A DNA stretch of 62,083 nt. Source: Macrostomum lignano. Its lineage: Eukaryota. Of this stretch, positions 24,662 through 36,735 are shown piece by piece. Numbering within the stretch: position 1 is the stretch's first letter; each line of letters opens with the position of its first letter. Location: contig NIVC01002103.1 in assembly GCA_002269645.1 (NCBI GenBank), positions 1-62,083 on the forward strand, in the 5' to 3' direction. The notes below the pieces were generated by a model. The model saw only the letters and a program-made list of their open reading frames with translations, was not told the origin of the DNA and made no database searches. Both the position numbers and the translations under genes were made by a program.

Positions 24662-26632
24662 CAGTCGCGTGCTGCTTTTGTTCGATAAAAAACAGCTCTT
24701 TAATTTTTTATAAAACCCCACTAATTTTAATGATCTAACGCGAATTATGCTACTGCTTCTATTAGTAGTAGTGATGGCATTTGTTCAGTATGTTGTTTAA
24801 ATATTACTTAATGTAATGTTTTAATTTAAATTTCAAACTGTATTACAACAGTGGCAGCTTATGTACAACAATAATGAAATGAATCATTGTTTATCATATA
24901 AGAATTATGAAATAAATAATTTTAAACGCGCAAGTCCAGACCAGAGTATTAAAATAAATCATTCCCTAATTTTGTTAATTTTAATTCTTTAATAATTTGC
25001 AACTGCGTAATTATATTATTGCTTCTTATTAACTGCGCACATTTCCTGTGTGTGTCACCTGTTCTATTTCAAGTTTGCAATTGCAACATGTGTATGTATA
25101 GCGGTGAGTCACCGATTAAAGTACCTGAGTATTGCTCATAATTGCCCCAATATGTCTGTTAATCTGTTCTATAATTATCTAGCAATAAGACCATAATAAT
25201 AAAACTATTGTTTCAAGAAAGTTAAATTGAATATATTCATATTTTTCGTGTGTTTTGTTCTTTTTAATTGCCTACTAGGCATTATGTATTATTAGTAACT
25301 GATCTACTAATAATTTGGCCACCGAAGTTCTGGCTTCTGTCTCTCAGTTCCGACAGAGGTTGAGATATAAATATTTTATGAATTGGAATTTTTCCTGTCG
25401 CCTGTCTGCTTTGTTGGATATTTTTCTAGTTTTAGAAAACCTAATGACATGTCATTTGGTAATGATTTTGTTTTATTCGGAACCCTTTGATTGCAAACTT
25501 TGCTGTTTTATAATGCCTTTGATCTCATTGTCATCACATTTAATATGGACTGTCTGTCTATCCGCTCTTACCTTATTTGTTTGTTTGTCTGCATTCGATT
25601 TCTTTTTATTCCGCTGTTTAATCATTGTAAAGCCGGCCAATAAACGATTATATTCTTCTGGGAGCAAGCAATGATTTTTCTTCTTTTCATTAGAAGACTT
25701 GAAAGACTTGCAGCAAAAATGTCTCATTTCAATACTTGGTTGTTCTTGTTATTTTCGTTAGCAATTACTGGTATTTCGTCACGGCTTTTCTTAGAAAGCG
25801 TTGCATCAGATATGCGAATTTCTATACGGTGATGCAACTTGTCCGAAAAAATAAGATTCACAGATTTGGAAATTAGGGGGGTGATGACTGACTATAATGC
25901 AATTCCAAGTCATCGAAATGTACTTTCTTTACATTCTATAATGTAGATTTGTCGTAGTGCCTACTCACTAGGGACTATCAGTAGAGCATCGTGAATGTTT
26001 ATCAATTAGCAAATCTAAAGTTAGCCAAAGTATTTATTGGCACACTTGTATGTAGAATATGCAGTTGACTGTCCTTTTCACTTCCGATATATCACTGATA
26101 TTGAGTGCAAATAATCACCCGACCAGCAAATGCGCCGAGAGTTGATTAACTCGGGTTGTTGAATTTACAACGGGCGAAAACTTTTTTAGTGTTGTATTTC
26201 AGTTTGACAGGCTTGATAATAAATAAAACGAATTATCGAAGTCTTAATAAAGTGACTTTGGAATCGAAGTGGGAATTCATGTACGAGCTTACATACTTTT
26301 AAATTATACATGTATAGGTATAAGAAGACATAAAGATGTATACATGCACAGGGGGCGTCGCCATGGATGTTGGTGGGGGACAATTAAAGCCAAGAATTCT
26401 ACATGTACATGTACATTGTACACTTTTTTCTGAATCGGTGTTGTCAGCGCTCATTTGGCGCCGCAAGCACTCATTTTAGCGCCGCAGGCACTACATGTAT
26501 ATTTTGTTAACCTGAAGCAAAATCATTGAATTTTATAACGGGTCACCCCTGGATCATGTACAGGTTAGATGTACATGTACGTAAGTTGCGTGATACTGTA
26601 CCTGACTAGAGCTGATACATAACCTGGGGTCC

Positions 26633-26756
26633 ATGAGAATACTTGCCCGCCAAGCTTTTCCCGCCGAGATTTGCCCGCAATGCAACAATTTTCCCCCGAG
26701 TGAAGCTCGTACATATACATGTACTGCAGGAAAAAACATTGCGGGCAAATCTCGGC
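26633..26756. repeat. Palindromic element A with a 20-bp perfect inverted repeat
   Basis: GCCGAGATTTGCCCGCAATG (26663-26682) pairs with CATTGCGGGCAAATCTCGGC (26737-26756). Homologous to 28945-29060. Confidence 0.8.
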
Positions 26757-26789
26757 AGATAAAGATGTATATGTACGTGTACCTGTACT

Positions 26790-28815
26790 AGAACAGCAAC
26801 AAAGTACGCAGCCCCGCAAGCAAAGATCGCAGTTAAAGCAGGGCGCGTCAGATGGCGCCCCGCAGCAGCCTGAAAGCGGACGAAGTCCGCTCCGTTGGCA
26901 GTGTCGGGCGCCCCAGCGTCGCACAGCAGGCAGTCCACGTATCGACGGGTTCGGGCCTGATCCCGCCTGAACGGACCCTGCAAGGTGAGCAGCAAGACGT
27001 CGTCCTGAACAGGTTGGGGGCAGTAGCCCTCGGCCCGGATCACGCCGAGTCCTTGAAGTTGAAGTCGCCGCCGGCGCAGGATGGTGGACGGACGCTGCAG
27101 CTTGGCCCGATCGTACAGGGCCTCGGTCCCGACGCTCTCGTCAGCTCGAAAGGCCGCGCGGAGCAGGCCTGAGTGCACCGAGTCCAACTGCCGCTCCAGA
27201 GTAGTCGTCAGCGTGATGTCTCGGCGTTGTATACAGGACGGTTTCGACCACCACCTGCCACAGCCACCCTCTGGCGGTCGGGCAGCGCTTCGGACTGGAG
27301 GACGGCTCGGATCGAACGAAAGGCCGCCCAGGCAAGTCCTCTGCGCCGCCGGAGGTCCGCTTCCACGTGGGGCACCAGACCGCCGAGGTACATTGTAGGT
27401 GAACCGCTGGCAGCGTGCGAGCGTGGTGTCAGCCGGCACAGTCAGCACCTTGGTCTCCAGCGTGTTGACAACCAGACCGACGCTAGATGCTAGCTCGACC
27501 AGCCTGTCGATCTGCCGCTGGGCGCCTTCAACGGACGAGGACAGGAGGGCGAGGTTGTCGGCGTAGCCAAGCACGCTTAGGCACTTTTCGTCATGGCGGC
27601 GACCGATATGTCTGCGCAGCAGGAAGCCGAGGGAAGTGCAGTCCGAAGCACCCAGTCCATCAGCAGCACGAAGAGGAACGGCGCCAGCGTGTCGCCCTGC
27701 AGAACTCCCGATGAAGTGTCGAACAGGTCAGACAGGCCGTCCGCCGTCACCACAGCAGCTCGAGTATCGCAATACAGCGAAATGACAGCGTTGATTAGCT
27801 TCGGGACCCGGTAGGCTCAAAGGACGGAGGGAAGCGTGGCTCTTAACACCGAGTCAAACGCCTCTTCGAAAGTCAATAAAGACAATGATCAGCTTAGACT
27901 GGCGGATGCGCGCCTACTCGATGACACAGTTCAGTGCGAGGATCTGTCTCACTGTACCGCGTTGCGGCCGGAATCCGTTCTGCTCGTACCGCAGGTACGG
28001 GTCCAGCACCGACTGCAGACGATTGAGCAGCAGCCGGTTGAAGAGCTTAGCGGTGCAGGACATCAGCAAGATCCCACGGATGGTCCTCTTTGGTCCTCAT
28101 TGTCCCTGCCTTCTTTGCGATCGGCACAATGTGCGCGACAGTCCACTCGGTGGGCGCGGGGGCGCCGGCGAATACGCGGTTTATGACGCATGTGACCTGG
28201 GAGGCCACACAGCGGAGTTGCAGCGCCGCGACCGGGACTTCGTCGGGGCCAAAAGTCCTCCTCAGCTGGGAGCGGCGTGTCCAGTGGGAGCGCAAAGCTG
28301 GCGGGCAGCGGCGACGCGGGCGCGTTCACGATGCCAGTGAAGAAGTCGCGCAATTCATTCCTGCGCTCCTCCGGGGTGTCGCCGGCCAGGTTCAGCGCCA
28401 CGCGCTTTTTGCGCCCCATCAGAGTCCGGACGGCCGTCCATACTGCGCGGCTCTTCACGTCGGGGCCGGCTGCAGTGATGGACCGGACGACGTCGTCGAC
28501 AGCGGCTTGCTGCCGCTCGTCTAGAAGGCGCTCAAACGCATCTTCAGCGTCGCCCGTGGGCCACCGGTTCCTGCCGAGTCGCTCGATGTTGAGCCGCGCC
28601 TGCCTGATGGTCGGGTCGATCTGCCAAACAGCGCCGGCCGCATCAGCGGGACCGTCTGCTCCGCAGCGGCTCCAACGGCGGTGCTGATGTTGGAATACTC
28701 CGCCTTGCGCTGGTCTCTAAGCACGCCGACGAAAGCGCCCGCGAATTGACGCTTCACGTGGGTGTCCAACAGAGCGCGATAGTAGCGCCGTGGCTGCTGC
28801 TTTGGCGGTCGGGGT
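26790..28815 (-). mobile_element. Decayed non-LTR retrotransposon, RT-containing 3' half (RTE-group-like)
   Basis: Frameshifted pieces: RPPKQPRRYYRALLD, EWTVAHIVPIAKK, KLFNRLLLNRL...YEQNGFRP, SGVLQGDTLAPFLFVLLMDWVL, GYADNLALL (YADD changed to YADN), YLGGLVPHVEADLRRRRGLAWAAF. A TTGTTG-like tail lies at ~26790-26805. Confidence 0.9.
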
Positions 28816-28944
28816 CAGCCATTATATTTGCACTCCCGTGCAAATAGTGCTGACACCTCCTGGCATTGCGGCCAGTTCACCAGGCCGCGGATGACCTCGG
28901 TTGGCTCGGACGGCCGCGCCTCGGCTGCGGCAGCAAAGGGGTCT

Positions 28945-29225
28945 ATGAGAATTTCCCGCGCGAGCTTTTCCCGCAGCGAGGTTTCCCCGCTGAGATTTTC
29001 CCGCCGAGATTTCCCCGCAGAGATTTTCCCGCGGCGAGGTTTTCCGCAGGGTTTTTCCTGTCGGAATTTCAAGTCAAATCCAATCGGATTAGAAATCTAG
29101 TCTAGCCTAGTCTAGTCTAGGCTAGTTCTAATCTAGTTCAGCATAGTATATAGACTGGATTTGACTTGAAATTCAGACTGTAAAAACCTTGCGGGAAAAC
29201 CTCCTGCGGGAAATTCTCCTGCTCC
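28945..29225. repeat. Palindromic (foldback) element B with TTTTCCCGC sub-repeats
   Basis: Arms 29060-29082 and 29156-29178 are 22/23 complementary. The core CTAGCCTAG-TCTAGT-CTAGGCTAG is at 29102-29125. Shares a 17-bp exact match with element A (28996-29012 = 26656-26672). Confidence 0.8.
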
Positions 29226-29370
29226 ACCCACACAGCTCAGCACACCAGGGACTCGCAGAGGTCGGCGCAGCGCGCAACGTCGCACTGAGCGGCGGCGCCA
29301 GCGCAACAAGCGAGGGCGACTCCGTGGCGCAGCCAGGCGCCTGTTGTCCCTGGTCCCTGCAACTCCAACT

Positions 29371-30147
29371 ATGGATGTGCCGGGTGGCGCCGGGGACCAC
29401 GAGGCCAACCTCCATCTGGCCCCAGCTGTACCAGGTGGCCGTCTCAGACTCGGCACGTTGAACTGCCGAACTCTGAAGGCCCCCTGGCGTCGAGGTCCAG
29501 CTGGCCCACGACCTACAGCTGGACCTCATGATGCTGCAGGAGGTTTCTATCGTGGCTGAGCCGGGGCTCCACTCTGAGGACCTCGGAGCCGGCTGAGGCC
29601 TCCTGTACACGTCGGCCGACGACCGCGGCCGGGGCGGTGTCGGCGTACTGATCGGACCCCGCCTCCAGCAGAGCGTGCACTGCGCTTCGCTGTCCGCGCG
29701 ACTGATGTGGGTCGACCTGCGACTGCGCGCCCGCTGCAACAAGCTGTTCTGCGCGTATGCACCCACCGATGCTCACCCCGAGGAGGCTCGTGCCTTCTTC
29801 GACTTCCTGGCTGGGGAGCTGGAAGAGGTGCCAACAAACCGTGACACGCTGGCAGTGCTCGGAGACCTGAACGCAGTTCCACGGAGGTCCGAGCGCTCGA
29901 CCTTTGTCGCGGGACGCGAGAACGCCAACACCGACGCATTGGAGGATCTGCTTGACCGGCTGGACCTGCATGGTGTCCGCGAACACCCAGTTCCGCAAGC
30001 CCCTCTGCCCGCCTGCTCACCTTTGCGGGCTGCAAGAGAATTGTTGACGAACGTCACGAGGAGACATGCGATCATGCGCTGGTTTGCACTCGCGAGCGCC
30101 GCCGCGCACCAACTGCCACACCATGGCTCCGCTGGCTCTCCGGTCAT
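29371..30147 (+). mobile_element. Decayed non-LTR retrotransposon, APE endonuclease 5' half
   Basis: RLRLGTLNCRTLK, LQEVS, GRGGVGVLI, CAYAPT, LGDLNA, DHALV and LALR-S(D)H motifs, with frameshifts and a stop. Confidence 0.88.
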
Positions 30148-30786
30148 GTCAACGACTCTTGCAGATAATTTCCCCTGCATTTTAACAAAATGCAACTCGA
30201 TCAAATTTCAGATTTTTACAAAAGAATTCTTGCATACATCCTACAATCGCATATATGTAATGCTCTTGCTTTTCAACCGAGGAGAGATTAACGGATTAAG
30301 CTTGGATTTGCATCTACACTATCGCCCTTATATACTGTGCAAGCTAATAGGCTCAGCAGCCTAAATCCTCTCTCAGTAAATTCTCCCATTTCGTTTTGCC
30401 TCTCGCCTCTCTAAATCTATACATGTAGCACGCTGCCCCATCAGCAGAAATCCTCAAGCTCGATCTCTCGATTAGTGAGAACCGAACTCAAATAGCGCGA
30501 CTCTATTATTCCGTTAAATCCCATCACATCGTTGAGCTGTGTTAATAATGCTATTGTGAGTAGCTATCCGATTTCTGATTTTGTTAATACCGAGCTAAAA
30601 GCTTCAAATGTCGTTATTAGATTTCTGTGCGCACGGTTATATTTTCATAAAATTAGATTATTTGGAAATTGGGGTTGTTTGGCTTTTGTTTATCGAGTAG
30701 CTATAATTACAGAAAAACATAAGAGCGTATTTTCTGACAAGAAAATAATATAGGGAAGTTAAAGAATTACCTGGTATTTAGGAGAG

Positions 30787-31720
30787 AATACGGTGTAGGG
30801 TAGGTGAATACGGTATAGGGTAGGTGAATACGGTGTAGGATAGGTGAATACGGTATAGGTTAGGTGAATACGGTATAGGGAAGCTGAATAGGGTGTAGGA
30901 TAGGTGAATCTAGGGAAGGTGAATCTAAGGAAGGTAAATTTATAGAAGTGAATCTAAGGAAGGTGAATCTAGGGAAGGTGAATCTAGGGAAGATGAATCT
31001 AGGGAAGGTGAATCTAAGGAAGGTGAATCTAAGGAAGGTGAATCTAGGGAAGGTGAATCTAGGGAAGATGAATCTAGGGAAGGTGAATCTAGGGAAGTTG
31101 AATCTAGGGAAAGTGAATCTAAGTGAATCTAGGGAAGGTGAATCTAGGGAAGGTGAATCTAGGGAAGATGAATCTAGGGAAGATGAATCTAGGGAAGGTG
31201 AATCTAAGGAAGGTGAATCTAAGGAAGGTGAATCTAGGGAAGGTGAATCTAGGGAAGATGAATCTAGGGAAGGTGAATCTAGGGAAGTTGAATCTAGGGA
31301 AAGTGAATCTAAGTGAATCTAGGGAAGGTGAATCTAGGGAAGGTGAATCTAGGGAAGGTGAATCTAGGGAAGTTGAATCTAGAGAAGGTGAATCTAAGAA
31401 GGTGAATCTAGGGAAGGTGAATCTAGGGAAGGTGAATCTAAGGAAGGTGAATCTAGCGAAGTGAATCTAGGGAAGGTGAATCTAGCGAAGTGAATCTAGG
31501 GAAGGTGAATCTAGCGAAGTGAATCTAGGGAAGGTGAATCTAAGGAAGGTGAATCTAAGGAAGGTGAATCTAAGGAATGTGAATCTAAGGAAGGGGAATC
31601 TAAGGAAGGTGAATCTAGGGAAGGTGAATCTAAGGAAGGTGAATCTAGCGAAGTGAATCTAGGGAAGGTGAATCTAAGGAAGGTGAATCTAGGGAAGGTG
31701 AATCTAGGGAAGGTGAATTT
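30787..31720. repeat. 15-bp minisatellite GTGAATCTAGGGAAG, ~55 copies, with a 20-bp variant block at the left end
   Basis: Tandem units visible directly. Confidence 0.97.
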
Positions 31721-32382
31721 GTAGGTGAATATAAGACAGGTGAGTATTCGAGAGAGTGGAAGGATGAAGGGGGACTATAATTGAGTACGAGTAAGGGTAA
31801 GTGACGCAGGTCATATGGAAGAATAGAATGCTAGTCGGAAAAAGTCACATCGAGATCTAAATGATATTCAATTCAATCTAGGCACTGCATTTCAATTGAG
31901 GACTTAAATTAAAAAGGCTGTAATAATCACTTTATGATGAAGAACTTAATCGCACACACGTTTATTAAACTCCACAAAGATTTTAGTTTATCTACTACTT
32001 CTAATTGACAGTTTAATTAGATTTGCTAACAGCTACTATTTTTTCGGTAGAACTACAAAGCGACATTTAAATTTCTACACTAATCTACACGGAAATTAAA
32101 ACAAATATGTCTATCTTGATCAACAAAAAGTACAATTACAACACATTGACAATTGTCATAAGCAAAAAGATTTTCAAAAACTTTATAATCTGTTAAAGTT
32201 TCACAATAATGTTAATACTTGGAAATTTGAGAGAGACGTTTTTAACTGATTTTCACTCTTTCGAACATTTTAACTCCGACAAGACAATAATGCAATAACT
32301 AAATGTAAAATTGACAGACAAAATACGGTCATCGAGCTAAAATTAGTTATATCAGCGTATAGCAGACAGGGGCTTCGAAATG

Positions 32383-32574
32383 AACCAATGGCGCCGAAAT
32401 GAATGTACCAATGTCTCCAAAATAAGTGTACCAATGGCGCCAAAATGAGTGTATCAATGGCGTCGAAATGAGTGTACCAATGGCGCCGAAATGAGTGTAC
32501 CGATGACTTCAAAATGAGTGTACCAATGGCGCCAAAATGAGTGTACCAATGGCGCCGAAATGAGTGTACCAATG
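32383..32574. repeat. 23-bp minisatellite (G/A)AAATGAGTGTACCAATGGCGCC, ~8 copies
   Basis: Tandem units visible directly. Confidence 0.9.
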
Positions 32575-32875
32575 GTCAGTGCATTGACATTGGGGATGTC
32601 TATAAGTGAAGCCAATGATAACAACGATTAACGATTAATAATAAAGTACACATAAAAATTACGCATAAAGTACACATGTAAGTTCCTTCTGAATCATAAT
32701 ATAATGGTAGATTCGATGCATTTTTCCAAAGAGAGATATAGCAAAATCTCGATCATTACTCGATAATTGATTTAATTGATCTCTGTCGAAAGCGAAAAAT
32801 TTACTGCGGTCTGGTTTGATTGTAAAATAGCTTTATTATCTGAAGAAGATCTTCTTAAGAATGAGTTGTAATTTA

Positions 32876-33195
32876 GGGATTGCAGCCTAGTGGCTACAGC
32901 GTCGAAATCACGACTGAAAGGTAGGGGGTTCAATACTCAACCTACTCAAAACAATTTGTGTCCTTGAGCAAGGGACTTACTGTGCATTGTCTTATGTCAC
33001 CCAGCTGTAAAATTGGTACCAGCTGGGGTAATTGAGGGTGTGTTGGCGACCCCCCCCCCCAGTCCTTGGACTGAACAGCCGTACGCAGCCTTCAGATGCG
33101 CCGCGCAATAGCTGCGGCTGAGCTGTCGGTTGCACATCTGCCCATTAGGGCCGGTGTAACCAATTATTATATTATTACTATTATATCATTACTTT
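32876..33195 (+). mobile_element. tRNA-derived SINE with a conserved central core and an AT-rich tail
   Basis: A box AGCCTAGTGG (32884-32893), B box GGTTCAATAC (32927-32936), core TGTGTCCTTGAGCAAGGGACTT and CACCCAGCTGTAAAATTGGTACC (resembles metazoan V/Meta-type SINE cores from memory), (ATT)-like tail at 33163-33195. Confidence 0.75.
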
Positions 33196-33226
33196 TAAAG
33201 GTACTCGCACCGCACTGCTCCTCAAT

Positions 33227-36200
33227 TCAGTAGATGTCGTGCCACTGGTGCACGATGCTGGGCTGATTTCTCAAGCAGTCGCTCCACTGCTCAACGCCGC
33301 TGCCCTGAGCAAAATTAGCGGATCCAATTACCGCTTTGCCCAGCAACCGGTTGGCGCCAAGGCGCGACCTGGCACAGATGAGTACGAACAGGTACACCTG
33401 GTCGGTGAGGTTTGGCGCCAGATGAAACCGGAACTCCTGTTGCACTAGTGGACTGGCGAGATTCTCTTTGATGAGAGGACTCTTCTTGGCCTTTACTGTC
33501 TGCTCGCGAGCCATGATGCTGGCGCGGAAGTACACATAGGCTGAAACAGATTGATAGGCTGACATGTTAATATTGCACAACAGCCAGAGGGCAGAGCACC
33601 TCATCGGTAAACCACGATCCTTTGGTTCCATTCTGTGCGCAAGCCGCGTCAAGTCAGACGCGTTCACCGATGAGCTTCGAACCCGGCCCTCTGGACGATG
33701 TTAGAACCTGAACTTCTGCGAGTGAGTGCTAAATGTTAGGCTAGCTCGTATATTTTGAGCAATGTACGCTCCTAGCTGTTGTTTGAGATCTAATTATTGG
33801 CTACAAAATCGGCAATTTCCATGTTGTTTATGATTTTAATAAAAAACTGTTTAGTAAGAGTTTGTTGATGGGCGTAAACTTCCCAGCACAGTCGTGCAGC
33901 CCAGCGCCTCAACTCATGCAACTACTAATAAATACTATATTACCCGTAGACAAAAAATGGTAGAGTGCAAAGAAATCTAGGAAAAAAGAAGGGCAGCATC
34001 GAGTAATGTAAATAAAGTAAGATGGATAGAAATGGCAACAATATGCGGTAGAATTCTCGAGTCACTGTAGCCTGCTGGCATCGATTTGTAAGCACGTGTG
34101 TCGTGTTCTCATGCTCAGCTGCCTGAAGCAGTGTTACCTGAAGTTTATCTAGGGGTTGTTATCCGGAATTTACTCACGGATGCTACCACTTGCAGTGTAC
34201 CTTGTAATTTTACCTAGGATACACTGAGTGTGCTTCGACTTAAAGTCGGATTTTTTAACTTACGTCCTAACAAGCGGAATTTAATCGTACGTAATCTGGC
34301 ATAAACTTACAGTCAGTCTCCTTCACTCGCAGATCTTTGCCCTCAACAATTCCAAGTGTGAGCAGTTTCTTCTGCTGCTTGTAGCTCAACGATAGAAGAA
34401 TCCGTCCCGGAGGTCTTTTCGAATCAGTCTGTTGATTGTTTTGTTCAGGAGGGGCGGGAAGTCGATGTTTTGAGTAAAATTTCCATCTAAATTTAGGCTA
34501 ATTAGCAACAAAGGCAAATTATAGAGTCACTTCTCCACGTCAAGAATCAATTTTGTTAGTTATTAGTTCGGCCACTTGGAATTCGAGTCCTAAATTCGTT
34601 AAAGAAAGCCTACAGAAAAGTCTTAAAAATTCCATAAATAGTTACTTAATTTCGGCTCAGCTCTCTCTCTCCCTCTCTCTCTGGATCAGCATTAAGAATC
34701 TGTTTCGCTGACAAGGAGTCGCAGCCCTTGAAGTCGGTGCTGTGCTTGACTACTCTGATGAAGACTTGAATACTCGATCCACTTCAAGGAGAGCTTTAGT
34801 CGACATCATTATTTCTCTCTGTTTAAGGATTTCCTCAGCATTGAAGGAGTTCCCTTTTGTAGCAATCCCTTCAGATATCTGAGGAATCTGTTCAAGCAAT
34901 TAGCCATAGCTATACGAGCTGCTTAATATACTTTTCCATCCCTTTTTTCTTACGAAACTGGAAGACTCAAAGCGGCCATACTTTTTTAGCTTCAAACCTT
35001 CCAATCAACCTTTCCAGCGTATTAGAGAACAAAATTATAGCCCAGGAAGCCCAGACTGAATGGATATGTGAATGTGGACACTTAAAAAGTCTCTAAAGGT
35101 TGAGTGTCCGAACGAGGATTACAATCCTTGTTGCTGAGCTATAGATGGATTTCTACTTTCAATCGATTAGAGTTTGCGTACGCACGACTGTTATGTGGCA
35201 TGAGAGGGGGGTTTGGAGGTGATGTACATCTGCTGAATCGATGAGGGGTGAGTTTGCGTACACACGATTGTTATGTCGCATGAGAGGGCTTTGGAGGCAA
35301 TGTACATCTGCTGAATCGATGAGGGGTGAGTTTGCGTACACACGATTGTTATGTGGCAGGAGAGGGCTTTGGAGGCAATGTACATCTGCTGAATCGATGA
35401 GGGGTGAGTTTGCGTACACATGAGATACTCGTAAGTCAAAGTGGGAAGTAAAAGTTTTTTTATACGTAAAAGCACAATATCATGGCGTTTTTTCTGACAG
35501 CTTTTTCTCGGTATTTTGAATTTTAAAGTCAAAAGATATTCACAGATCTCATTAAAGGACTAGTACTAAATTATTAAAAGATGACGGCAAGCAGTGAAAG
35601 TCAAGCGATTCAAGTTTCTCACATCGGCAGCCAGAGCGACGGGCTGCTGCAGTTCGCGCCAGATCTCGTGCCCGCCGGATCCCATCTCTAGCAGGGCGGC
35701 AATCTGCACAGCGCAATGCCCGATCACGTGCGGCTTGCCAACGGGCACCGTCTCCTTCACCTTGAAGTGCAGCTCGCTCTCGGGCGCGTCCTCCTGGGTG
35801 CAGGGCAGCGCAAACTGGCGATCGAACTGGGGATTGCAGGCCGCGCTAACCAGCTGAGTCTTGCGCTTCTCTTTGCTGCCGCCCGGTCTGGTGTAGGCCA
35901 GAGCAACATAGAATGTGCACATGTTGCTGGGCCGACGGCGCAACAAGTACTTGGCCTGGCAAATGGTCACTAGGAGAGTCGATTTCTTCGGCATCAGCTC
36001 CAGCTTCAGACAGAGCCGTCCAAGTAGAGTCTCGTGCTGCATATCGGGATCCTGATCTGTTGGATACAGCGACAGATTAAGTCCCAGCTCCTCCAGGGTG
36101 GTCGCCGTATCCGAACCTGTCGACGAGGAACACCTCGCTGCTCGGCGATGCAAATCGCTGAAGCTGCTGGCTCGACGCCGGCGCAAATATTCCACGGCAC

Positions 36201-36735
36201 CCTCGCTGACGCTCTCGGGCACCGGGCTGATCATCAGGAGGCACTCGGAGCTCTGGCGATATTTGCCAGTCAGGAAGGCCTTCTTGTCTGCGACGGCTGT
36301 TGGCGTGGTGTCGGCCATCTGGCCCGAGGCGCTGCTCAACTTGGCTGAGTAGGGCGACCAATCGGCTGACGAAGCAGGCGTCAGGGAGCTGCCGCTGCCG
36401 AACCTGGGCCGCCTCGGCGACAGCAGCTGTGTCGGCGAGAAGGTTCGATAACTACCAGTACTGGGCTTTGGGCACTGCAGCAGCTCGCTGTGGCTGCGCG
36501 AGCCCACCATCAGCTCCTCCGTGGAGCCGCCGCCGAACACTGAGCTGGCCCGGCCATCGTCGCTGGAGGTTCGGTGATCCCCAGTCAGCAGGAAGCCGTG
36601 CGTGCTGGCCTCCGGCTGCTTCGACCAGGGCGCCCAGGTCCAGCTGCGGCACCACAGGCAGAGGCCGACGGTCACCGAGACGATGGCGCCGCTGATGGTG
36701 CAGACAACAACAAGGATGACGTCAGAGGAGTTCAT
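33227..36735 (-). CDS. Synaptotagmin-like protein (SYT15-like): N-terminal TM segment plus C2A and C2B, ~514 aa
   Basis: Exons 35623-36735, 34311-34428 and 33227-33540 are GT-AG and phase-consistent. TM segment VILVVVCTISGAIVSVTVGLCLW. C2A GRLCLKL...NPQFDRQF. C2B GRILLSLSY...GKAVIGSANFAQGSGVEQWSDCLRNQPSIVHQWHDI resembles the SYT15 C-terminus. AATAAA at 32837-32832. Confidence 0.85.
34178..34213 (-). CDS. Candidate 36-nt frame-preserving microexon of the synaptotagmin gene
   Basis: CCTAG acceptor and C|GTGAGT donor, phase 1-1, no stop; adds CKITRYTASGSIP in C2B loop 1. Confidence 0.45.
35170..35421. repeat. 78-bp tandem repeat, ~3.2 copies
   Basis: GAGTTTGCGTACACACGATTGTTATG...CTGCTGAATCGATGAGGGGT repeated inside a synaptotagmin intron. 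Confidence 0.9.

Noticed and set aside
26565-30364. Many overlapping ORFs read as separate genes
   Set aside because: They are alternative or antisense frames of GC-rich decayed LINE sequence.
32876-32950. tRNA gene
   Set aside because: A and B boxes are present, but there is no closed cloverleaf or acceptor stem, and it continues into a SINE core and tail.
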